Positions 1 to 9,006 are shown, counted from the first letter of the stretch. The stretch is DNA of 64,000 nt from an uncultured Candidatus Saccharibacteria bacterium (GCA_964543265.1 CAZIWN010000001.1:168644-232643), one strand, 5' to 3'. Notes: generated by a model from the letters alone, not told the origin. Translations and numbers: made by a program.

Positions 1-15
1 TTAAATTCTCTCGCA

Positions 16-219
16 TCACTTCGTCGATGTGCTCTCTCCAACAGCCCCAGTCGCTTTTTTACCAGAAAGAGCATTGCCGTTCCCATTTGTTTTGCGCACT
101 CCCCTGCGTGGATCAGGCTTTTTCTTATTACTGATCCAAATCATCACCCCCACCAACGCTCCACAAACCAAAAGCGTGACCAAGAGCCCCGTCAAAGAGT
201 TTTCGGCCAAGAGATTCAT
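16..219 (-). CDS. GC-rich minicassette A: 67-aa small protein with one predicted TM helix (MNLLAENSLTGLLVTLLVCGALVGVMIW...)
   Basis: On the minus strand, TTGACA (RC of 288-293) then AAGGAGA then ATG at 219; GC-rich coding in an AT-rich background; window edge prevents seeing a terminator. Confidence 0.4.
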   Translation of the reverse strand: MNLLAENSLTGLLVTLLVCGALVGVMIWISNKKKPDPRRGVRKTNGNGNALSGKKATGAVGESTSTK

Positions 220-304
220 TGGTTTCTTTCTCCTTAAAGAACGAAGTTTCGGAACTAAATAAAAAAATACTCTTTCCTATTTAATATGTCAATTTCCATT
301 TTGA

Positions 305-1105
305 TTGTTAATTATTATTACTTATACTTTCTCTTATATGTTTTACGAATCATCTGATGTTTTTAAAAAAGAAGCCGGGCATGAAATTGATGGTGTTTGG
401 TATCCTCGTGTTACTAAAATTTTAGAAATAAAATCAAAACCAGCTTTATATAAATATTATGCAGAAGCTCCTAGCTTTGCGGTTGCGGAAGAAAGAACCA
501 AAAAATCAGCCGAAGAAGGGACATTAATTCACGAAGCTGTAGAAAAAATATTTGTGGGTGAAAAACCGCAAATTACAGACTCGATATCACCCGCCATTTC
601 AGCAGTTGAAGATTTTTTGTCAAAAAATAATTTTCAAGTAGAACGTGATCATGTTGAGAGAAAAGTTTTAAATAAAGAAGAAGCTTATTCTGGAACAATA
701 GACGCCATGGCTATTATAGATGGGAAATTCGGGGTTTTAGATATAAAAACATCTCAGTCTATATATAGAGACTATAATCTCCAAACCGCGGCTTATATGG
801 GTCAATTAACTAAAGAATTTCCACATTTAGAAACCAGATGGATTATGCGCGTTGATCAACAAAAAAACTGCTTAAGGTGCGGTGCCACATTAAGATCAAA
901 AGGAGGGAATGACAAAATTAAGTCTAAAGCTTTTAATTCACAAATTTGTGAAGAAAATAATCACGAATGGTCTCCTCTTAAGGGAATAGTTGAACTCAAG
1001 GAATTTCCATTTTGGAAAAGCGACTATAAGGCATTTTTAGCTGCCAAATATTTATGGCAATGGGAAAATGAATATATGCTTCGTAAAATAGGATATTTGA
1101 AATAA
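305..1105 (+). CDS. PD-(D/E)XK nuclease, RecB/Cas4-like, with C-terminal Cys cluster; true start may be the later Met (MFYESS...)
   Basis: Motifs GTIDAMAIIDGKFGVLDIKTS (D..D/E-x-K) and QTAAY (QxxxY), typical of RecB-family nucleases; a CxxC..C insert near the C-terminus. Confidence 0.55.
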   Translation: MLIIITYTFSYMFYESSDVFKKEAGHEIDGVWYPRVTKILEIKSKPALYKYYAEAPSFAVAEERTKKSAEEGTLIHEAVEKIFVGEKPQITDSISPAISAVEDFLSKNNFQVERDHVERKVLNKEEAYSGTIDAMAIIDGKFGVLDIKTSQSIYRDYNLQTAAYMGQLTKEFPHLETRWIMRVDQQKNCLRCGATLRSKGGNDKIKSKAFNSQICEENNHEWSPLKGIVELKEFPFWKSDYKAFLAAKYLWQWENEYMLRKIGYLK

Positions 1106-1375
1106 AAAAAACCGGGATCAAGAAGTGATGGCGGTAGTCTGTGGAGTTTGCGACGCAAGCTCCGACATCAGACCAAACCACTTCCCGTCCCAGTTGCGGA
1201 TCAAAAAAGAAAACAAAGAGGGGTGAGAGGCGAATCATGGATCCAGCCGGTGCCAATGGCGGATCAAGAGGAATCCATCGCCATGCTTTTTCCCGTGTGC
1301 CCGCGCCAGTCTTATCGATTCGTCCCGCAGAAGAAGCCCAAGCGGTTCACCTCCCACCCCTCTCGAGAACTAAGT
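1105..1375 (-). ncRNA. Candidate structured sRNA B: 14-bp closing helix (plus arms 1217-1230 / 1350-1363) followed by a U-rich tract; no convincing ORF
   Basis: On the minus strand 5' AGAGGGGUGGGAGG pairs with 3' CCUCUCACCCCUCU with one G.U wobble, which would be an A.C mismatch on the plus strand; minus-strand promoter-like TTCTTA-17-TATTAA near 1380-1410; GC-rich island. Confidence 0.3.
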
Positions 1376-1431
1376 TAATAGTAGCACATCATTTTAATAA
1401 GAAAAGTTAATAAACTTAAATTATAAATAAA

Positions 1432-1630
1432 AAAATCAGCCCATCGAGATTTCTCTTTGGGCTGTTGCTGGAAAAAAGCGGAGGCGGGACTCTTGTCCTC
1501 CCAACTTGTTGGGACAGAAGAAGTGCGCGTCGCGAGCGGTTTTCTCTTTCCCGGACATTGCGGCAGGTCGAGGTCGTCGGTTTCTCCCTTGTCGAGGTTT
1601 GAACGGCGAAAAAAGTCCCGCCTCCAGTAA
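1432..1630 (-). ncRNA. Candidate structured sRNA C (6S-like architecture?): perfect 11-bp closing helix 1480-1490 / 1615-1625 plus intrinsic terminator 1432-1470 on the minus strand
   Basis: GGAGGCGGGAC...GUCCCGCCUCC inverted repeat enclosing about 124 nt of GC-rich sequence with internal hairpins; minus-strand TTGAAA-17-TAATAT promoter near 1635-1665; hairpin CAGCCCA..UGGGCUG followed by U7. Confidence 0.35.
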
Positions 1631-1674
1631 GATGATATTACAACTAATTAAAATATTTTTCAACAATCAAAAAA

Positions 1675-1920
1675 CACCCGAAGACCAAAGTCTTTTTCGG
1701 GTGTTGTGAGTTTTGGTAGGGAGGGAGATCTCGTAAGGTCATTTCGCTTCAGTTGATTTCGGCATATGGCTTGCCTTGAGCACGGACCGCAACTTAAGAA
1801 TTGAAGAGTGGCTTGGGGACCACTCGAGCATTTCCGCTATCGCAGCCCTTCTGTCTTGGCGTAGTTTTAGCCTAGTTTCTTTGAAGTTTCCTCTTGCGAC
1901 CTCCCCCTCCCCGTCATGAT
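1675..1920 (-). ncRNA. Candidate structured sRNA D: 11-bp long-range helix GGGGAGGGGGA/UCUCCCUCCCU with a 3' ACCA, then a terminator hairpin
   Basis: Minus-strand promoter TTGCCC-17-TAGAAT (plus coordinates about 1925-1950); G.U wobbles favour the minus strand; terminator ACACCCGAA..UUCGGGUGU + U6 at 1675-1713 (bidirectional). Confidence 0.3.
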
Positions 1921-2019
1921 CTAATTCAATTCTAATACTTGTTTTTATAAAGGGCAACAATATTCTTTTTTTATTGTCATATATCAATCAATGTGTTAAT
2001 TTATTAGGGTATATTTATT

Positions 2020-2092
2020 GGGAGATCGTCTAATGGTAGGACAGCAGCCTTTGAAGCTGTGAATCTTGGTTCGATCCCAAGTCTCCCAGCCA
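2020..2092 (+). tRNA. tRNA-Gln (anticodon UUG), CCA encoded
   Basis: Cloverleaf folded by hand: acceptor UGGGAGA/UCUCCCA, D stem GUCU/GGAC, anticodon stem GCAGC/GCUGU with loop CUUUGAA, T arm CUUGG-UUCGAUC-CCAAG. Confidence 0.9.
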
Positions 2093-2176
2093 AGCTACAA
2101 CTTCTTAACATTTTTCATTTAAATTAAAGATTTTTTACTGTTATAATTAAGACAGCAATTAATTTTTATTTTTTAC

Positions 2177-2983
2177 ATGAAAAATTATAAGAGAATTATT
2201 TCCGCGCTTGCGGTTGTTGGATTATTTATAATGTCGTATCTGACATATATCCACTACGCCAATTCTCAAAGTTTTTGTGATATTTCAGAAACTGTTTCTT
2301 GCGACGTTGTAACCACTAGTCTTTATTCAGAAATATTTGGGCTCCCGGTTGCAATCTTAGGTTTGGGATATTTCGCCTTCGTCCTCTGGCAGATTTTTTC
2401 AAATAAACAAGAACAATCTCTACAGAATATTTTTTTTATAACCATCTTTGTCTTAGTTCCATCCTTATACCTATCATCTCTTGAGCTTTTAGTAATTAAA
2501 GCAATCTGCATACTCTGCGAGTCATCCAAATTAATAATGGTGGCTATTTTAATAACCTCATTCCTTTCTATACATAAAAATAAAAAAATTACAGCAAGGC
2601 TTATTGCTCCATTCATTATTTTCGGTCTAGTTGCTGCAGGAGTCACTTATTTTGCTCAAACCTCAAGAAGAGCAACTCAAGATTACACAGAATTTGTTAA
2701 ATGTTTTAATAGTAAAAACATAATCTACTATAAATCCTTCCGTTGCAGTAATTGTAAAAGACAAGAGCTTTTAATTGGCAGTCCATATAAGCTACTTAAT
2801 TCAATAGAGTGTCATCCTAAAGGTCCAAATGGTAATCCGGAATTATGTTTTAAAATGGGCGTAACAAAAACACCAACATTTATAATGGAAAAGAATGGTA
2901 AGGAAATTAAGAGATTAGAGGGGCTTCAACAGATGGAAGATTTATCAAAATTTTCTGGCTGTAGTTTAGAATTAAAAAAATAA
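2177..2983 (+). CDS. VKOR (vitamin K epoxide reductase) domain fused to a C-terminal thioredoxin-like domain
   Basis: Polytopic membrane N-terminus with loop Cys pair (SFCDISETVSCD) and CILC active site; C-terminal CSNC thioredoxin-like motif. Confidence 0.7.
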   Translation: MKNYKRIISALAVVGLFIMSYLTYIHYANSQSFCDISETVSCDVVTTSLYSEIFGLPVAILGLGYFAFVLWQIFSNKQEQSLQNIFFITIFVLVPSLYLSSLELLVIKAICILCESSKLIMVAILITSFLSIHKNKKITARLIAPFIIFGLVAAGVTYFAQTSRRATQDYTEFVKCFNSKNIIYYKSFRCSNCKRQELLIGSPYKLLNSIECHPKGPNGNPELCFKMGVTKTPTFIMEKNGKEIKRLEGLQQMEDLSKFSGCSLELKK

Positions 2984-2995
2984 TTATATAAAAAT

Positions 2996-3706
2996 ATGGC
3001 AGGACAAGAATTAACCTTAGGAATTATAATCAGCGCAGCATTAGTAGACAGTATTAATCCATGCGTCATCGGTGTTTTGATCTTTTTAATAGCTTTTATG
3101 ACAAAGCTTTTCAAGAGTTCAAATAAAATGCTTTTAGGGGGACTTTTCTACACAGCGGTTGTCTACATAACTTATTTAGTTTTAGGCTTAGGTATTTTAA
3201 AGGTAACCGTTAGCATCGGCATAGCTTCGATTTTTTATTGGATCGCAGCCATTATTGCCATAATTGCCGGATTATTAGAAATAAAAGACTTCTTTTGGTA
3301 CGGAAAGGGTTTCACTCTTCAGATGTTTCCTGGTGGAGCAAAAAGATTAGAGTACTACACAGACTCAATTGCTAAAATGGAGAAAAGGCATCCAGCTCTT
3401 CTATTTTTAATGCTTTCACTTTTAGGAATTTTTGTTGTTTTAGTTGAGCTTCCCTGCACAGGCGCTCCATATTTAGCAATTTTAGGAATGTTAGCTCAAG
3501 GTGCATACGCTAAAGCAGTTCCCCTATTACTTATATATAATTTCATTTTCGTATTACCACTTCTTATAATAATAGGACTTTCCTATTTAGGAGTTTCTTC
3601 AAAAAGATTTGAGAGTTGGAGGCATGAGAATAGGGGTATTATGCGTCTATTCATAGGATTACTTCTTCTTGCTCTGGGCTTCTATATGATTTATTCGATT
3701 CAATAA
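2996..3706 (+). CDS. CcdA/DsbD-family thiol-disulfide transporter (cytochrome c biogenesis-type membrane protein)
   Basis: 6-TM protein with conserved Cys in DSINPCVIG and ELPCTGAP, as in CcdA/DsbD; adjacent to the VKOR-Trx gene. Confidence 0.7.
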   Translation: MAGQELTLGIIISAALVDSINPCVIGVLIFLIAFMTKLFKSSNKMLLGGLFYTAVVYITYLVLGLGILKVTVSIGIASIFYWIAAIIAIIAGLLEIKDFFWYGKGFTLQMFPGGAKRLEYYTDSIAKMEKRHPALLFLMLSLLGIFVVLVELPCTGAPYLAILGMLAQGAYAKAVPLLLIYNFIFVLPLLIIIGLSYLGVSSKRFESWRHENRGIMRLFIGLLLLALGFYMIYSIQ

Positions 3707-3736
3707 AATTTCCAAACTTGACTAAGTTGTGATATA

Positions 3737-4453
3737 GTGTTTTTTATGCAAGAAAAATCACTATATCCGATGCGCATAAATAAATATCTTGCCCTTAAGC
3801 AATACTCAACTCGCCGTGGAGCCGATGAGCTTATTCAAAGTAAAAAAGTTTTTATTAATGGAAAATTAGCCGTCTTAGGCGACAAGGTTAACGAAAATGA
3901 TAAGGTAGAGGTTCGTGGCATGGATACTTCAAAAAAATATCTCTATTTTGCTTACAACAAACCATATGGAGTAATCACCCACTCTTCGCAAGAAGGTGAA
4001 AATGAAATCAAAGACATATTCCCCGTCAAAGGAGTTTTTCCTATTGGAAGATTAGATAAGAACTCTAGCGGCCTAATAATTTTAACAAACGATGGCAGAA
4101 TAACTGATAAATTATTAAATCCAGAATACGAACACGAAAAAGAATATATAGTTAAAACAAGAGATAAAATCCGCTCCAATTTTAAAGAAAAAATGGAAGC
4201 CGGAGTTGATATTGATGGTTATATTACTAAAAAATGTAATGTGGATGTTTTAAACGATAATACTTTTAGAATAACCTTAACCGAAGGTAAAAAACATCAA
4301 ATAAGAAGAATGTGTGTGGCTCTTTTTAATGAAGTTTACGAGCTTAAAAGAACTAGAATTATGAATGTTGTTTTGGGTCGTCTCCAGGCCGGAGAGTATC
4401 GTCCCATAGAAGGAAAAGAGCTTTCGATTTTTTTGAAAAGTCTAGGTTTTTAA
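3737..4453 (+). CDS. Pseudouridine synthase, RsuA/RluB family (S4 domain plus catalytic domain)
   Basis: MRINKYLA S4-type N-terminus; catalytic motif GRLDKNSSGLIILTNDG. Confidence 0.8.
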   Translation: MFFMQEKSLYPMRINKYLALKQYSTRRGADELIQSKKVFINGKLAVLGDKVNENDKVEVRGMDTSKKYLYFAYNKPYGVITHSSQEGENEIKDIFPVKGVFPIGRLDKNSSGLIILTNDGRITDKLLNPEYEHEKEYIVKTRDKIRSNFKEKMEAGVDIDGYITKKCNVDVLNDNTFRITLTEGKKHQIRRMCVALFNEVYELKRTRIMNVVLGRLQAGEYRPIEGKELSIFLKSLGF

Positions 4454-4456
4454 ATT

Positions 4457-5458
4457 ATGAGATATAATATTAATATGCTTAAAAAAATATTTATTTTAAT
4501 TATTGTTACTTCTCTTGGTTTCGGTTCATTTTTTTTATTTAAAAAAATAAATAAAAACCAATCCAAAAATATTAAACAAATTGATAAGGTATCAAAAAAT
4601 ATATCCCCAATAACAGAAAAAGAAAACAAGGAGAATACCGTTAGCGATATTACTCCCCAAAAAGATACCTCATTAATTTTCTATGATGGATTTGAGCTTG
4701 GAGATAGATTGTCTGATGGTTGGAATAGTTTTTTAGTTCATGCCCCAACAAGCGACGAGCTTAAAAATTGTCCCGATTATCCAAATGGCTCAATGCAAAA
4801 ATATATTCTTTGCTCTCACGCCTTCGATCTAGTTACATCTCCGGTTCGCTCTGGCAAATACGCCATTAAATTTACAGTTAATCCCGGAGACACAGCAGTT
4901 CCAGGAGATGCAGAAAAATTAAAAGACAGAGCAGAGTTGCAGCGTAAAGAATTTGGAGATGAGGGTAAAAACGGAACAGAATTTTGGTACGGTTGGAGCG
5001 TTTTAATTCCTAAAGATTATAAATATGATCCAAACGTAGATACTCTTCAAATAATGGGTCAATTACACGTTTATGATCAAGGAGAAGCAACCATTTCCCC
5101 ACCAGCTTCAATAGAATATGGCATGAAAAACGGAGAGCACTTTATTTATGCCGATTATGGTCTTAAAAATATAAATAAAGCTCATATCGCCATTTCCCCT
5201 ATTAATTTGGGAGAGTGGATTGACGTTGCTATCCATATCAAATGGTCAAATGAAAACGATGGTTTTATAGAAGTTTATAAAGACGGCAAAGCCATAACTC
5301 CATTTAACGGAAAAGATTACAGGGTTTATGGACCAAATCTTCCCAATTCATATTCTCAAAGTTTTTTTAAGATCGGTCTTTATCGAGGACACGGAGTTAA
5401 AACAACAAATAGCGTCTACTACGACGAAGTTAAAATAAGTAAATCAAAATTCTTTTAA
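4457..5458 (+). CDS. Secreted concanavalin-fold protein, PL7 alginate-lyase-like
   Basis: N-terminal signal/TM; the three PL7 signature blocks are present: RAELQRKE (RxELR), QLH (QIH) and FFKIGLYRG (YFKAGxY). Confidence 0.45.
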   Translation: MRYNINMLKKIFILIIVTSLGFGSFFLFKKINKNQSKNIKQIDKVSKNISPITEKENKENTVSDITPQKDTSLIFYDGFELGDRLSDGWNSFLVHAPTSDELKNCPDYPNGSMQKYILCSHAFDLVTSPVRSGKYAIKFTVNPGDTAVPGDAEKLKDRAELQRKEFGDEGKNGTEFWYGWSVLIPKDYKYDPNVDTLQIMGQLHVYDQGEATISPPASIEYGMKNGEHFIYADYGLKNINKAHIAISPINLGEWIDVAIHIKWSNENDGFIEVYKDGKAITPFNGKDYRVYGPNLPNSYSQSFFKIGLYRGHGVKTTNSVYYDEVKISKSKFF

Positions 5459-5460
5459 AA

Positions 5461-5500
5461 AAAACACCCTCTCGTCCGCATGAACGAGGGGTGTTTTGTT
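5461..5500. terminator. Bidirectional intrinsic terminator between convergent genes
   Basis: ACACCCUCUCGUCCGCAUGAACGAGGGGUGU hairpin flanked by A-run and U-run. Confidence 0.6.
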
Positions 5501-6250
5501 TCATCGAGATTTTTGAGGCATTGCCTCCACCATTCTTCGAACCAACACTGGGTCAAGCTCTGTGTGAGACTTACTAACTCCCGTAGCAACGAGAAAGATA
5601 TCTGCATTCGGAAGAAATAAGTGTACATTTTCTGGAGTAATACCACTAGCGATAGCTAGTGCATGATCCCTAATTGCCTCTCTCATTACACGGATTTTTT
5701 CTGGATCCGGTGGTGATCCGGTTGCATCTCCGCTAGTAGTGATTACTTCCATAAATGGCATAGCAAGCTTGGCGACGCGAGTCAGATCTCTAACTGGAGC
5801 CTGATGCTTGAAGGCCACGCCTCCAAAAATCAGCGGCAGTCCAGGAACTCCTCCTCCTTTGATTGCCATATTAGCTCTTGCAATTCTGCAAGGATCTTCA
5901 TCATCTTCGCGAACGCCGCCATCATCAATCCAAACAGCAAAGATGTTGTGCGTTACTGCTAATCGAACCGCATCTTCACCCGAAAGATCCAGGAAGTTAA
6001 CTCCAATCTCCAATCCCTGCCCTTGGCCCTTCGATGCCCTAAACTCTTTTCTGACAGCAAAGAAATGTTGCAGAAGAGCTGCGTGCATCATCCCGTGGCC
6101 AATTAGAAAGACGCACTTCACGCCAGCATCAAAGGCAATTCTCACGTTTCTCATCACTTGTTGTCTATTCTCTGCGTGGATCACAATAGCCAATATATGG
6201 TTCGTTTGAGTTCCATTTCTTAAGCAGAAAGTTGCTCTGGGAAAAATCAT
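5501..6250 (-). CDS. BtpA/SgcQ-family TIM-barrel protein; GC-rich (about 55%) foreign-looking gene with its own promoter and RBS
   Basis: IGVNFLDLSG and ASGITPENV blocks resemble the BtpA/SgcQ family; minus-strand TTGATT-17-TATATT promoter, AGGAGG RBS then ATG at 6250; GC-rich codons unlike its neighbours. Confidence 0.55.
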   Translation of the reverse strand: MIFPRATFCLRNGTQTNHILAIVIHAENRQQVMRNVRIAFDAGVKCVFLIGHGMMHAALLQHFFAVRKEFRASKGQGQGLEIGVNFLDLSGEDAVRLAVTHNIFAVWIDDGGVREDDEDPCRIARANMAIKGGGVPGLPLIFGGVAFKHQAPVRDLTRVAKLAMPFMEVITTSGDATGSPPDPEKIRVMREAIRDHALAIASGITPENVHLFLPNADIFLVATGVSKSHTELDPVLVRRMVEAMPQKSR

Positions 6251-6331
6251 ATTTAGCTTACGCCTCCTGTGTTTGTTTTTGTTTGTGCTAATTAAAATAT
6301 ATCAACTCTTAAAACTAAATCAATAGAAAAA

Positions 6332-7504
6332 TTACTTTCTAAGTATTTCGTCAATTATCTTGGCGAGTTTAGTCATATCTTTTTCTTTCGCTCCACGAGT
6401 TGTTTCTGCTGCTGTTCCTAAGCGAATTCCAGAAGGATCCATTGGGCCCCTTGTTTCATTCGGAATTGTGTTTTTATTTACAATAATTCCATTTTTCTCA
6501 AGTTTTTTACTAGCCTCATCTCCAGAAATTCCCATTCCATTAAGCCAAGTATCAACTAATAATAAATGACTATCCGTTCCTCCTGATATAATTTTCCATC
6601 CCAACCTCTGCAATTCATTTCCTAAAACTTGGGCATTTTTAATAACTTGTTTGGCGTATTTTTTAAATGAAGGTTCACTTGCTTCTTTTAAAGCAACCGC
6701 AACCGCGGCAATATTATTCATATGAGGACCTCCTTGAAGTCCAGGGAAAACTGCTTTTTCTATTTTCTTATCTAATTCTCTTTGGTCTTTCTTTGCAAAA
6801 ATCATAGCGCTTCTTGGACCGCGAAGCGTTTTATGCGTTGTTGTGGTTACAACATCGGCATATTCAAACGGAGATGGATATGCACGCCCAGCAACTAATC
6901 CAGCGAAGTGAGACATATCAACCATTAAGATTGCTCCGCAAGCATCGGCAATCTCTCTAAACTTTTTAAAATCAACCCTTCTCGGATATGCAGTATATCC
7001 CGCCACGATAATTGCTGGTTTTTCTTTTTCAGCTAGCAACTTAAGAGCGTCATAATCTAAAATTTCTGTGCTTGGATCAACTCCATAAGGAATTTGTGTC
7101 CAAAACTTTCCAGTCGCAGAAACTTTATGTCCATGAGTTAAATGTCCCCCATTATTTAAAGACATTCCCATAATTTTTCCACCTTGAGGAATTAATGCGG
7201 TATAGACCGCCAAGTTAGCCGGAGATCCAGATAGCGGCTGCACATTTACATACCAATTTTCTTTAGATAATTGAAATAATTTTAATGCTCTTGCAATGCA
7301 AAGTTCTTCCAATTGGTCAGTCACCTTTTGTCCTCCATAATATCTTTTTCCTGGATAACCTTCCGAATATTTATTCGTAAATCTTGATCCAAGCGCCTCT
7401 AAAACATCTTTAGAAACATAATTTTCAGACGCAATAAGCGACACAGTTTCTTTTTGTCGCTTATCTTCTGCTTTAATTAATTTCTCAACCTGTTTATCTT
7501 TCAC
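6332..7504 (-). CDS. glyA: Serine hydroxymethyltransferase
   Basis: Full-length SHMT with the PLP-lysine region (TTTTHKTLRGPR) and conserved N-terminal blocks. Confidence 0.95.
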   Translation of the reverse strand: MKDKQVEKLIKAEDKRQKETVSLIASENYVSKDVLEALGSRFTNKYSEGYPGKRYYGGQKVTDQLEELCIARALKLFQLSKENWYVNVQPLSGSPANLAVYTALIPQGGKIMGMSLNNGGHLTHGHKVSATGKFWTQIPYGVDPSTEILDYDALKLLAEKEKPAIIVAGYTAYPRRVDFKKFREIADACGAILMVDMSHFAGLVAGRAYPSPFEYADVVTTTTHKTLRGPRSAMIFAKKDQRELDKKIEKAVFPGLQGGPHMNNIAAVAVALKEASEPSFKKYAKQVIKNAQVLGNELQRLGWKIISGGTDSHLLLVDTWLNGMGISGDEASKKLEKNGIIVNKNTIPNETRGPMDPSGIRLGTAAETTRGAKEKDMTKLAKIIDEILRK

Positions 7505-7564
7505 GTCTTTATATTATTCTATTCTATATCGCTATTTAAACACAAATTTATTAGAATAATTATA

Positions 7565-8062
7565 ATGATCTCAATAATTGTTGCTATAACTAAAGATAGA
7601 GCTATTGGCTTTAAGGGTGGAATGCCGTGGCGTCTTTCTGCTGATTTAAAAAGATTTGCCTCCCTAACCAAAAAACATACAGTTATAATGGGTCGCAAAA
7701 CTCACGAATCCATTTTAAAAGCCCTAGGTAAAAATTTACCAGATAGAAATTCTGTAATTATCACTAATCAAAAAGATTATTCGGCTCCTGGCTGTACTGT
7801 TCTTCATTCCATAAACGACTTACAAAAAACACTAATTAATAATAATGAAGAAGTTTTTATTATTGGCGGAGGCGAAATGTATAAGCAATTTCTGCCATTA
7901 GCCCAAAAACTATATATCACAGAAGTTGGTAAAGATTATGTAGGCGACACTTTTTTTCCAGAATTTAATAAAAATGATTGGAAAGAAATTTTTAGAGAAC
8001 CTCATGTTGCTGACGAAAAAAACGACTCTCCCTATACCTTTATAGAATTAGTCAGAAAATAA
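7565..8062 (+). CDS. folA: Dihydrofolate reductase
   Basis: MISIIVAITKDRAIGFKGGMPWRL...GRKT...IIGGGE motifs typical of DHFR. Confidence 0.9.
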   Translation: MISIIVAITKDRAIGFKGGMPWRLSADLKRFASLTKKHTVIMGRKTHESILKALGKNLPDRNSVIITNQKDYSAPGCTVLHSINDLQKTLINNNEEVFIIGGGEMYKQFLPLAQKLYITEVGKDYVGDTFFPEFNKNDWKEIFREPHVADEKNDSPYTFIELVRK

Positions 8063-8106
8063 ATATACACACTTATCCACAGATAAAGATAAAAGTGTAT
8101 ATACAC
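8063..8106. promoter_or_regulatory. Candidate LexA operator pair in the lexA promoter: ATATACACAC half-site plus perfect 12-bp palindrome GTGTATATACAC (8095-8106) abutting the -10 TATAAT (8114-8119)
   Basis: Perfect palindrome overlapping the -35 position about 80 nt upstream of the lexA ATG; resembles TGT-N-ACA SOS boxes; the same 11-mer TGTATATACAC recurs just upstream of lepA (30066-30078). Confidence 0.35.
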
Positions 8107-8186
8107 ATCTGCTATAATAATTATACGAGCTACCACTGCTCTATTATAAATATTAAAAAATTATCAAAACTTTAAATTTTAAAAAT

Positions 8187-8858
8187 ATGAAAAATAATTT
8201 AACTCCCAACCAAAAAAAGGTTTTAGAATTTATCTCCGCTTATATTAAAACCAATAGTGAATCCCCCACAATTCAAGAAATTCAAGAAAAGTTAAAACTT
8301 TCCTCTTCCCGATCAGTCACTCAATATTTAGAAAGTTTAATTAAAAAAGGATTAGTTGATAAAGCAAGATATAAAAGCAGAGGGATTTCTCTCATCGGCA
8401 AGAATAAAAAAGAAAAAGACACCATAATGCTTCCAGTTTTTGCTTCTGCTGGCTGCGGTAGTCCATCGATCATCGCTCAAAGGACTTTTGATGACTTTGT
8501 AGAAGTTAGTTCCAGCATCGTCAAAGGAAAAAAGAAAGAAAATTTATATGTCATCAAAGCCGTCGGCAATTCCATGAATATGGCTGGTATTAACGACGGA
8601 GATTATGTTTTAGTAGAAAGAATGCCAGATCAAGCCTTTAGTATGGGAGATTCTGTGGTTGCAATTATTGATGACAACGCAGTCATCAAAAAATACGTCC
8701 AATCAAACGATTTAATTGTCTTGCAACCAGCCTCCTCCGATAGCTCCCATAGACCAATCATCTTAGACAGTAAAGCAACCTATAAAATCTTCGGAAAAGT
8801 CTTAAGAACCATCCGCATGCCAAAAGTTGGAGATCTAAGATATGTTCCGGTAATATAA
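8187..8858 (+). CDS. lexA: LexA repressor (S24 peptidase)
   Basis: N-terminal wHTH; Ala-Gly autocleavage site (ASAGCG); catalytic Ser in GNSMNMAGI and Lys in VIKKY. Confidence 0.9.
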   Translation: MKNNLTPNQKKVLEFISAYIKTNSESPTIQEIQEKLKLSSSRSVTQYLESLIKKGLVDKARYKSRGISLIGKNKKEKDTIMLPVFASAGCGSPSIIAQRTFDDFVEVSSSIVKGKKKENLYVIKAVGNSMNMAGINDGDYVLVERMPDQAFSMGDSVVAIIDDNAVIKKYVQSNDLIVLQPASSDSSHRPIILDSKATYKIFGKVLRTIRMPKVGDLRYVPVI

Positions 8859-8897
8859 AATATATTTGACAAAAACTATATGATTATAATATAATAA

Positions 8898-8951
8898 AAT
8901 GGAGTTGATCGAGGATTTACTAGTTTTTACCACAAGAAACGCTCGTTTCTG
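8898..8951 (+). CDS. 17-aa leader-like uORF (MELIEDLLVFTTRNARFW) in GC-rich minicassette F
   Basis: Starts about 10 nt after TTGACA (8865-8870) / TAATAT promoter; followed by a GGAAU..AUUCC hairpin and then the Cys-rich ORF; speculative. Confidence 0.2.
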
Positions 8952-9006
8952 GTGAAGACAGGAATATCCTCACATTCCGCTAAGCGCGGAAAGAAAGGCT
9001 CGTAAG

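Noticed and set aside
996-1410. ORFs 996-1256(-), 1141-1410(+) and 1148-1378(+); also 1436-1666(-), 1506-1709(+), 1739-1987(-)
   Set aside because: These overlap the end of a real gene or run through terminators and promoters. The apparent RBS at 1217-1230 is one arm of a 14-bp helix. The region is better explained as non-coding structured RNA.
1714-1917. tmRNA: the minus-strand RNA starts GGGGAGG... and ends ...CCUCCCUACCA, giving a tRNA-like 7-bp acceptor pairing with discriminator A and CCA
   Set aside because: No T-arm (GGUUCGA-type) precedes the 3' strand. The length, about 200 nt, is too short. No plausible tag reading frame ending in ..AA stop. It is more likely a simple long-range helix in a purine/pyrimidine-rich tract. 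Kept only as a generic candidate sRNA.
1105-1920. RNase P RNA or SRP RNA hidden in the GC-rich islands
   Set aside because: I could not find the RNase P P4 signatures (GGAAAGUCCGG / ACAGAACCCGGCUUA) on either strand. Only a loose GUCCGGGAAAGAG resemblance to the SRP domain IV GUCCGGAAGGAAG was seen, without the rest of the helix 8 motif. Needs an Infernal scan.
5808-6209. 133-aa plus-strand ORF
   Set aside because: Antisense inside the GC-rich BtpA-family gene. No expression signals.
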